From Catajapyx aquilonaris (taxonomy: Eukaryota), in assembly GCA_000934665.2 (NCBI GenBank), contig KZ538087.1, forward strand, positions 109,131-129,130: a stretch of 20,000 bases of DNA, written 5' to 3'. Made by a program: the position numbers and the translations under genes. Every line of letters starts with the position of its first letter. Within the stretch, counting starts at the first letter, position 1. Below are positions 1-9,150 of this stretch, one piece after another. The notes beneath the pieces were generated by a model. It saw only the letters and a program-made list of their open reading frames with translations, did no database searches and was not told where the DNA came from.

Positions 1-3000
1 GTTGAGGGGGGGGGGATATTTTTCTCCCTCCATTTTTATATATATACAGTATATGAAGGGCTTGTGTTTGTCTGGAGGGCAACAGAACGCTTTACGAGCA
101 CAGATGATTGAGAAGCGGTTGAAGAGGAATAAAACGCAAATCCTCGTATTTTAGAGCCCGTCGGTGTGTTTCACTATACGGAGGAAGAAAAGGTTCTCAA
201 GACGTCGAATATAAAAAAAGTTTTACGTCTCTATAAGCGAGAAGTTGCATCCTGCAGATGCCACACGGATTAAGTGTGCGAAACAACTGGTAGGATCGGA
301 CGACCAGTGTACAAGTCATTTCTACGAACTGTATACAGTTTGTTTTTTTTTGCCTTAAGGTTTTCTCGAGGTCGGAAGGCCAGTGAATTTCTTCAGACTA
401 TCTGTATAGGACGCCCAGTGTAACTGCATTACTTTTCCATGCCGTCCTCTCCATTCAGTCCCGGCTGCTTCTTGTTTTATTCATTCTTTTCTCTCTTTTT
501 ACTTCCGCTCCCCTACTTTCAGATAGATGGATACTGAAAGTATAGAACTCCCTCCCTCTCCTTATGACTTTCAGAGCAAAACGTAGAGCATCACCCGGAG
601 ATTGCTCAGTGTTTGCTAGTATAGGATAGAGCGTCAGGGGGTCTGAAATAAAATAGGCATCCGGGATAGTTTGCACCGGGGGGGAGTGTAACACTGATTT
701 TATGGATGGAATTACAGCCGATTCCGGTAAACTATTTGTACTTCAAACGAAAGTGGATACAAACAGACGCTGAGAGCGCTATTTGTACGGCAAACTATTC
801 CACTTAACCTCAACCACCAGTTAAATAGTTGAACTGCAGCTACTGTTAATCCGATGCGTATTGAAGCGAGCATTTAAGCCCTTTAAACTAACGTGGTGTC
901 CAGGGGACTGGTGTTTGTGCTTTTTTTTCCACATGGCTTGTTCACCGCCGGAATGAATTAAGTAAAAGAATCGAATGCAAAACACCAGCAGAAGAGTTAA
1001 CCATATAAGCCATGTTTTGTGGTGAAGAGTGCGTGATATTTGGGTTTAGTGGTATACGGGTTTGTTGCTCTTGTGGACTCATGTTTAATTCATTGCATAA
1101 TTAACTGCACGTTTAATTGAAGTACTGTACAAAAATGGTCCCGGTTGGGGATAGGAAAGGCATTTTAAAACTGCGTTATGTGTTTGTGGCAGTAAATTGG
1201 CGTTCATTTTTTGTGTATTTCAATGGTGCGTATATTATTTCCTTGGGCCATATGGCTGTTGCAGCCGGAGTATATATGCCGGTTTTGATTGCATTTTATG
1301 CGCAGGGAACCTGTAAGCGAAGAGTAGACTGCATGGCCGCTACTTGCATTGCAGATCCATCAGTTAGAGCCTGCCAATTCTCGGCACAGTACACGTACAA
1401 GGATATGCTTTTGGATTTGGAATCCCAGTTAGGCCTGGGAAAGGCTGTTTTCCGAACAATTGTGTCGCAAACGTGTTAAAGAGAGGCGAGATTCCGTGCA
1501 GTGCATTTGGGACAATTCGATCTAAAGGCCTTGTAAATTGGGGCTGGCATTGTGGGACTTGGGTGTGTGTCCATGAGGCGTGGAAAGAGCGTTCCCTAAT
1601 CACGGCCCCTTTCCTCTTGGCCATTATCGCAGAGTCAAACTGCCAATTTCCCGACCAATTAACTAGGCGGGTAATTTTGGTGCAGTGTCTAGCCGGCCTT
1701 CCAAAACCGGGACGTCCAGCAAGATTTTTACAACCCCATGCCAATTCCCAATTCCAACTGTCCTCTGTTCCCTTCTGATAACGCGAATTCTCTCTCGTGC
1801 CCGGACGCAATAGGACCAGCTTTGCAGGACATTGTCAAAGGGTTTATCTTCCGACTCGCATTAAAACACTGCTAAGAATAATTCATGCTCTCATTTTTTG
1901 CACAGGCAAGCGGCAAGTCTGTAACACTGATCCCCTTGCACGGTTTAGGAGCGTACCAAAGTGCGGCTTTAACGGTGACGGTACCTTCTTTATCCGGGCG
2001 TTCCGTTTCTGCAGATTTCTCTCCTAGATCCCCTCCCATGTATCCCTACTATCAGGTCGCCCGTCTCTCCTTTTTTTCATAAAGGCGCTGGGGGCCTCTA
2101 TCCATCTGGATCTGCGAGTAGCAGCGGTGTGAAGTTGCAGTTGTAAGAGAAGAGGGGCCCTGGAAGCAATATGCTTCGGGTTCCTAGGCAAAAAGACCTG
2201 CCAACTCCCGCTTTCGTTTAGACAAGAACTTTTCATATTCCAACAAAAGACTCAGCAGCACTAACTGGAGAGAGCAACGAATTTCCATACTTGGTTCAGC
2301 ACTTATTTTTATCAAAATTGTTATTTTTTTTGTGACCAGACCAGATGTCATTTTGATGACCAGTTTGGGTTTCCTAGGGAGTGGAAAGGTCCGGCGACAA
2401 TTTCAAGTTTCTCTGGCGTCGGATCCAAACCCACTAGGATTTCCGTGGCTGTAATTGGAGGGGTGGTTTACGGGTCAATAGTGGAACCCAGTTGATCGAA
2501 CTAATGGGACCCGGAAAGGAAGGCTGACTTCTACTCTTAAGTAAGGCTACTATAAAATGCACACGTCATTAGACACGAGCATCGCATCGCATTAACGCCC
2601 AACTCCTTTTGTATAGTAATTTACCCTCGCTTCGATTGCAAATGCTAATCGCTAGCGTGGTTTTGTAAATCTGGCAAGAAATCGATGACACTTGGTAGCA
2701 TAAGTAGTTTGATGGAAAGCGGCAATTAGGTTTCTCCATGCATACCCGCCGCAGCATAATGATGGATCCATCAAGATTAAAACTCGCTTTCCCCCCCCCT
2801 CCCCCCCCCCAGAAAATGATCGACTGGCGCCTTAATCACGCCTTACCTTATTGCAATCCCGTGTATCACATCACCAACATGGATATAAGGAAGCGGCTAT
2901 AGAAGGAGGTGTGGAAGAGAGGGGGGAGGGGGAGGTTTAATATTTATTGTGGAGAAAGGGAGATGTGAGGCAGAAAGCGCCATCGGAATGGTTGTCATGG

Positions 3001-5902
3001 GCACAAGACGGTCATTGGGAGGCTTTTTCCCGGAACCCAAAGCTCCCTCGAGAGTCGCCAATCATGGCAAAAGAGGATCTTGGCTGCATTATTACACGCG
3101 GTTCCCCATATCCCTCCCTATACCCCCCTCCTTCCTACCCCTCCCCCCGGAAGGAATTTTAGGGGCATTTATTGCCCGCTTGGGCACCTTGAGAGACGAT
3201 GATTTTTTGGTGGGAAAGACAAAAAAAAAAAAAAACAAGGAGTGAACAAAACGTTGGTGTACTCTTCAGGAGCGAGGAAGCGCTAAGGTTGTTAAGGAAC
3301 ACCCATCGATTCTTTCATTTACACAAGAATCCCAAGGATTCTTCAATTTGCAGCCCCGGATTTTTTTTTTTTTCAACTCTATTTGCTAGTAGTCCCTGCA
3401 CTGTATAGTGTGGTTTATTTTTTAAACACCACAGCACGCAAATGTTTTTTTTTTGCTCAACCAGATTTCCGACGATTCATTACATTATAGTGGAATAATT
3501 GATTACTTTTGAATCAAAAGCAAACCGTGGATTGGAAGCACAAATTTTGCACTATTTGTCAACCGGTCGTGTGAGCGAGTGTCGACATACATTATTTGTA
3601 GCCATTAGGCGTCATGAAAAACAGCGATTGAATTCTGCCCGCACCAGGCGTCACACTACATGCACTACCGCATTCAAGATTTGAATATTTAATAGTGCTT
3701 TTCATCAAATATGACAAACGTGAATGGCAAAATTACTTTTGTAATGAATGTCGGTCGGAGTGTCAAATTAAGCCTGGCTTTGCGCGGCGATAAATCAGGC
3801 TGTATGGCCCCCGTGGATTTCCATTCACCTGAGTCGATTCTAGGAAGACGATGGGAAGGGACCAGAAATGAAGATGGCGGCAGCAAAAGGCCAGTCTTTT
3901 CTTGTTTCCTCTCTACCAGGGACGAATACGCCAATTCGCTGGGATTTTATTGCGGGACCTAAGAAGGTGCTTTGTTTGCAAAAACACGCCGAGCGTCCAA
4001 GCCCTGCACTATTCTCCGCGCGTGCCATTCAAAACCTGATAGGCCCCAACTTCTGCCTGCTGCAGGGGAGAAAAACACTACAAATTGTGCATAATAAATT
4101 GCAATTTTTTTCGCTTTTCAAAAAAATATATATATTTTGACAAATCAGTCGCCAGTTGGCGCCAGCAAGCGAGCAACTCATTTTGCTTCACCACTGGAAG
4201 CCGACATGCAAACTTGGGTCCCGTGACGTTAATTACATAGCTAAGAGCTTGTTGGTACAACAACATTACCTAATGAGGAAAAGTGCACGGGGGAGGCAGG
4301 TATTATTGTCGTTTCTCCACAGAAAAAAAACGTCGCAAATGCCCTAAAGCAGGGTTAAAGTAAAACGAGTCCGGTTATCTCCGAAAAGATGTTCCAGTGT
4401 TGCAGGGAATCTGGAATCGGTGCGGAAGAGGAATAGTTTATGGAGATAAACGGAGAGGTGGAAGAGGAGGAAGAGGAGAAGAATGACTTCCTCTGGAGTG
4501 GTGACAGCGGAACATTCCTTTCCGGACGAAGAGTTAATAACTTAAAGCGACGTATCTCGACAGAGAAAAAGCGAGCCCTGTAGGCAGAACCCCCTCCTCT
4601 TTTTAGGTTGAGGGGGGAAAATGAAATTAACGCAACCGTCTCCCCCCATGGTGGATATTAACATGTACTCGCGTCAATGCACGTCATGCTGGGCGTCAAC
4701 AGGAGCCCCATTTGCGGCCTCGTTAAATGGATCATGCTTTTGATGAATTCGTGCGCGATAACCTCGCTTCCATCCTGTTCGTGGTCAGCCCTTTTTTCAC
4801 TGTGCAGGGAGGCAATATTGTGCAGGGAGTAACATGCTGTCACAAAGGGGGGGAGTGTCCTCAGTACGGAAGATTGGGAAACACTGTCACCGCAGCACCG
4901 CCATGTCCGGCGTGTTGTCTACCCAGCGTGGATACAAACTTGTGATATCTATACACATCACAGCCCTATAGCCTAATCGGTTCAATCATGTCTGTTGTAA
5001 ACCGATTCGGATAGTATCATAAAGATGCACCATCCTACCGTGTAGCAGGCTCCCTCTTGGTTTACAACCACCGATAAAACCCACTCAAGTAATCACGCTG
5101 CACTCTTTCTCCCGGAGAGGTATTTACGGACCGATAATGACTTTCCGCTTGTGGAATTGATTTCACGTTGACGTTTGGGAGGGCGTGAATTTTTTTTTTT
5201 CTCTGGAGAGGATATATTCTATGTACAAGTGGGGGGAATGGGGGGTGGGGGGTCCCAAGTATCAGATTTAGGTGGTTGCAACCAAGAAGGGCGAAGCGAG
5301 CACAAAAGGGGAGTAGGATTTACACGCGAGTGCAAGTGTCACGAGCTTTTCTGGTGCGTGCCACAGTTGCCTAATGGGATCCCTGCTTGCTTTGTCTGCT
5401 CGCTTAATAAGTCCACCTTCTACGTTAAGTTTTAATTTCGTTAATTAAAGGCCCGACGAAGCCCTAAACATGCTCTTTTATCTGTCGTTTTTCTTCCTCC
5501 CCCTGCTCCCTATACTCCCCATTTGTTCTTTTGTACTGCTCCTGCTCGTCTCGAGGCTCATGCTAATACGTGCGTTCTTTCCCTCCGATCGATTGCCTTT
5601 GATTAACAATGTCCCTTATCAAGACGCTTCGGGCCAAAATAATACGTCACGTTTCCTGATATTGCGTACCCTTAGGGTGGAACATTTTTTTGTGTTTTTC
5701 AGTGCGGCCATGGAAAGAGGGCCGCATCGGTATAGCCCTATACCATATATTTACGAGTCAGGAAACCCTCGGATCAGCCTGTTTTAGTTTACAATCCGGT
5801 TCAAAACTTGTGTTTTGGGAGCAAGATTGCTTCCCCCAGGGTACGGTGGCTGCTGCGTACTAATGCAAGTTTTATAACATGCTTTTTTTACAATATTTGC
5901 AG

Positions 5903-6013
5903 GGTCAATGAGGCTTTGGGACTGGAATGGGGCGTCCTGGGCGAATGTCTCTTGGGCATGTGAGAGGTGCAACGGTGCAAGAAGTGAGCAGCACCAGATC
6001 GGCGGTGCAACGA
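5903..6013 (+). other. Probable 5' UTR part of the first coding exon, preceded by a splice acceptor (upstream non-coding exon not located)
   Basis: Acceptor-like ttttttacaatatttgcag|G at 5902/5903. Composition changes from AT-rich to GC-richer at this point. Confidence 0.5.
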
Positions 6014-6160
6014 ATGCTGCTACAATCGGCGGCCCTGTTGCAACTACTCCTGTGTTTGTCCGCCTTTTTCGCCTGCCCGTCCATGGCTTTCTGCCCCAAT
6101 GCTTGCTCCTGCGATGACGACTCCTTGGCCATCAAGTGCTCCGAGGCGCAGCTCAGTGTG
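6014..6160 (+). CDS. Tartan/Capricious-family LRR transmembrane protein, coding exon 1 (signal peptide + LRRNT)
   Basis: ATG 6014 begins MLLQSAALLQLLLCLSAFFACPSMA (hydrophobic signal peptide), followed by FCPNACSCDDDSLAIKCS (LRRNT cysteine pattern CPxxCxC...C). The exon ends at the donor GTG|GTACGT at 6161, phase 0 (49 codons). In-frame upstream ATGs at 5927 and 5945 are alternative starts. Confidence 0.88.
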
Positions 6161-7006
6161 GTACGTCCATCACGCTCGACAATGGGAGGCAAGGGGAGAT
6201 ATAACAGGGCGCTGGGGGGAAAAAGGGCCAGGCTGTCGACCAAATATGCTGAGAGTGCACGCGACTCCAACAGCGGAACATACTGTTACCACTAAATCGT
6301 CCCCCCCTTTGTTTGTTCGCATTTATTAATTCATTCACTTACGCCGTTTATATTCCGAGCTGATGGAACTCTCGGGCGCGGAGCACATAGGAAATCTGTT
6401 ATCGCGCTTTAACTCTGCTTATCGGGCCTTAATTATGAAACAGGCTGGGTACGTTTAATAGGCTTGGCTGCTCTCCACGTCAAGATTTGGCTGGATAAAG
6501 TAGCAGGTTTCCATTCACTGGGAGGTTAAGGGTCAAATGTTGCTGTCATGCGAAACGTGCGGAAGTTTGGATGCATAATAGAAATGGAGATAGGCGTAAG
6601 GGGACTCTGGGACAATGGCTAGCCAACCCCCAAAAGTCTAGATGTACGTGAGCCGCGCTTCAATTGTCATGTCAAAGTGACGTATTAAATTTTCTGACTG
6701 GAATCATAATGCTAGCCTGTGTAAACTGTCAGAAATAGCAAAAAAATTAACCTTTACTCGGGCAACAATTTGCCGTTGCGCATTAATCAGGCTGATTGTC
6801 CTGTCATATAAGAGTCGCCTTTTATACAGGAAGTCTCGCTTTGCGCCAAGTGGCTACAGTCACGAAGAGCTCGTAAAAAAGGTGCCAATGCACTTCACCC
6901 GTGGGTAAGCGGCTTCTAGGCTTTACAATAGGTATATCATATAGTGGGCACCATTTTTACCGGCTGTTCGCGTTTTGTCATGTGCATCTGGTTTCTCTCC
7001 CAACAG
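6161..7006 (+). other. GT-AG intron of the LRR gene (846 nt, phase 0)
   Basis: GTACGT donor and polypyrimidine-CAG acceptor. Removing it joins the LRRNT to the first LRR in frame. Confidence 0.88.
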
Positions 7007-7450
7007 TTACCCATCTTCTTTAACCCGCAAGTGCAGCGCATCGACCTGCATGGGAACCGCATCAGCAACATCTACCTCACGCTGGGCTTCTATACCGATT
7101 TGACTTCCCTCGACCTGTCTTCCAACATCATCTCAACGCTGGGTGAGGAGAATTTCGACTCCCAGAAGAACCTTAGAGTGCTAAACGTGAGCCAGAATCA
7201 GCTGAAGGTGCTGGACCCGAAAGCGTTCCACGGACTGACTTTGCTGGAGATACTGGATCTGAGTTGGAATTCGCTGCATCAACTAGCCAGTCCCGTGTTT
7301 AGCCCTCTGCTCAACCTACAGGAACTGTACTTGTCCTTTAACTCCCTGCAGTACATCAGTGAGAGAACCTTCTCCAATCTTCAATCGCTTCGGCTGCTCT
7401 CTTTAGATCACAATCACCTTCTTCAAGTTCCTCCATTAATCGACGTGCCA
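7007..7450 (+). CDS. Tartan/Capricious-family LRR transmembrane protein, coding exon 2 (LRR1-6)
   Basis: Acceptor tttctctcccaacag|TTA at 7006/7007. The exon reads LPIFFNPQVQRIDLHGNRI..., matching the 'L/IPIxLNP' motif after the LRRNT in Trn/Caps-like proteins, and contains six LxxLxLxxNxL repeats. Donor CCA|GTAAGT at 7451; 444 nt, phase 0. Confidence 0.93.
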
Positions 7451-7513
7451 GTAAGTCCACAGGGTGTTACCGGACGTGACAGGCAGTACTGATGCGTATT
7501 GGTTTCTTTTCAG
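7451..7513 (+). other. Short GT-AG intron of the LRR gene (63 nt, phase 0)
   Basis: GTAAGT donor, branch-like TACTGAT at 7487-7493 and TTTCTTTTCAG acceptor. It contains the in-frame TGA (7490-7492) that splits the two LRR ORFs in the ORF track. Confidence 0.93.
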
Positions 7514-8461
7514 TCCTTGCGAGTGTTGGACCTAAGTGCAAACTCCATGGGAACACTGGATGGCAGTCCTTTTCAAGGCCTGAAGGAACTTCACACACTC
7601 TCTCTGGCTGAAAATTCTCTCTGGAGCCTGAACTCTTCCAGCATGGAAGGCCTGGAGTCGTTGAAGCTTCTTGACCTCCGGGAGAATGATCTGGTGGAGG
7701 TACCGACAGACTCCCTGTCTAAACTGGTGGCCCTGCAGGAAGTGGACCTCAGCGCCAACCGGTTCGTGTCGCTGGGTCCTCACGCCTTGCACAACCTCTT
7801 CCGTCTGGAGTGGCTGCGAGTGTCCCGAGTACCCAACCTGACCTGGGTGCACCCTCGTGCCCTAGTGGACAACACGGCCCTGCGTGGCCTTCACCTGGAG
7901 GACAATCCCTCCCTCCAGTTTTTACCTCCAGAGCTGCTGGAGGGGAAGCCCTTTCTTCGGGTTCTGGCTCTTCGACGGAACCAGCTTAGGAGCCTGGACC
8001 GCAACCAGGTGCCGGTGGAAGGACTAGAGGTGCTGAGACTTGGGGGAAACCCAATCACCTGCAACTGCTCCATGAGTTGGCTCCAGGAGCTGGCTGGAGC
8101 ACCAAACTCCAGCATTTTAATCGACGAGGTCACATGTGACTCTCCCCCTCAGTTAAAGGGGGCACTTCTGAGTCAGTTGGGCCCGGCTCAGCTGGAGTGC
8201 CGGCGACCTTTGCCCACTGTGGGACTAGTCATGGGGGCAGCGGCAGCCATTCTGTTCTCAATGTCATGTCTTCTAGCAGTGAGGTGGGCCTGGCGCTACT
8301 ACCAGGAGAAAAAGTCTCCATCGCCAACTCCCACCCCAATCCCTGCCACAGTCTTGCCCAATCACACCAAAGACTTTCTGGGCTCTCTAAGACCGTGTGT
8401 CAATGGAACCCATCACGTTATCTTGGGCCCGGTGACTCAAGTGCCCAGCGCCTTTGTTTGA
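7514..8461 (+). CDS. Tartan/Capricious-family LRR transmembrane protein, coding exon 3 (LRR7-14, LRRCT, TM, cytoplasmic tail)
   Basis: Acceptor tttcttttcag|TCC at 7513/7514. The exon encodes eight more LRRs, an LRRCT (NPITCNCSMSWL...VTCDSPPQLKG...LEC), a hydrophobic TM segment at about 8210-8293 and a 55-aa tail, with TGA at 8459-8461. The spliced product is 49+148+315 = 512 aa. Assignment is at family level only; orthology to trn, caps or Fili is unresolved. Confidence 0.93.
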   Translation, partial: SLRVLDLSANSMGTLDGSPFQGLKELHTLSLAENSLWSLNSSSMEGLESLKLLDLRENDLVEVPTDSLSKLVALQEVDLSANRFVSLGPHALHNLFRLEWLRVSRVPNLTWVHPRALVDNTALRGLHLEDNPSLQFLPPELLEGKPFLRVLALRRNQLRSLDRNQVPVEGLEVLRLGGNPITCNCSMSWLQELAGAPNSSILIDEVTCDSPPQLKGALLSQLGPAQLECRRPLPTVGLVMGAAAAILFSMSCLLAVRWAWRYYQEKKSPSPTPTPIPATVLPNHTKDFLGSLRPCVNGTHHVILGPVTQVPSAFV

Positions 8462-8689
8462 TCGACTCTATGCAAGCTCTTTGGTGAAAATCACCTTCTT
8501 TCCCGCCACTGTCTTCGTGAGATACAGTATATCCGTTCTTTCTGGTACGTAGGATAGGGTTTTTTTTCTCTTTTTTATACAGTAGGTTCACTGACTTGCA
8601 ATGTTGCTGTGCTGACATGATTAAGTACAGATGACGCAAGCCTTGTTCACAATATTTGTTTAATGCTATTATACCGTTGGGACGCTATG

Positions 8690-9150
8690 AAAATGGCGTA
8701 GGAGAGATTACAGATTTTTTTTCTGGTGATTCTGATGGCAACTTAGCGTGCCATCTACTGCAGGAAGTGAGACGAAGGGCTGGAAACACACACACTATTG
8801 CGAAAGCCTGACCTTCTTGTAACATGTTCATTATAAAAATAATTGATTATTGAAGCTCAAGTATAATTTCTTCGGAGTTTTTGTTCGGGGATTTTTGGGA
8901 CACGCATTGCAATTAATGTTTTTTTTTTTGTTTGTTTGTTTGAAACCTGCCTTATTTTGTCACATCGTGCGACTAAAGTCCTGTTCATATCTCGACTATT
9001 ATCTTGAACCACGAATATCCACATCAGCTCAGGTTTGATGTAACCTTCAGCCAATGGGAGCGCCTCCCTCCAATTTCCGCCCATTCTTGACATATGGCGG
9101 GGAGAGAAGGAGGCGCACTGCGGACGAAAACGCATGGGCGCAGTCATGGG
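8690..9150. promoter_or_regulatory. Cluster of promoter-type motifs downstream of the LRR stop codon
   Basis: AAAATGGCG (YY1/Pho-like, 8690-8698), GTGCCATCTACTG (CTCF-like, 8748-8760), CAGGAAGTG (ETS, 8761-8769), CCAAT (9051-9055) and CCGCCC (GC box, 9077-9082), the last two in a local GC-rich island. These are motif matches only. Confidence 0.3.

Noticed and set aside
1117..2236. Overlapping 65-148 aa ORFs upstream of the LRR gene
   Set aside because: No recognisable domain or consistent splice structure. They fit chance ORFs in moderately GC-rich non-coding DNA.
2551..2600. TATAAAA box as the LRR gene promoter
   Set aside because: No convincing Inr at the expected spacing, and no exon could be linked to the 5903 acceptor.
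5231..5252. G-quadruplex from three G6 tracts (also C/G runs near 2790-2935)
   Set aside because: Homopolymer runs are common throughout this window, and nothing indicates function.
6944..8461. Two separate LRR ORFs, or a pseudogene with an internal stop at 7490
   Set aside because: The stop lies within a canonical 63-nt intron, and splicing restores one continuous reading frame.
7532..8487. Antisense and alternate-frame ORFs over exon 3 (7532-7852, 7891-8133, 8197-8487)
   Set aside because: Shadow ORFs expected from the codon bias of the LRR coding sequence.
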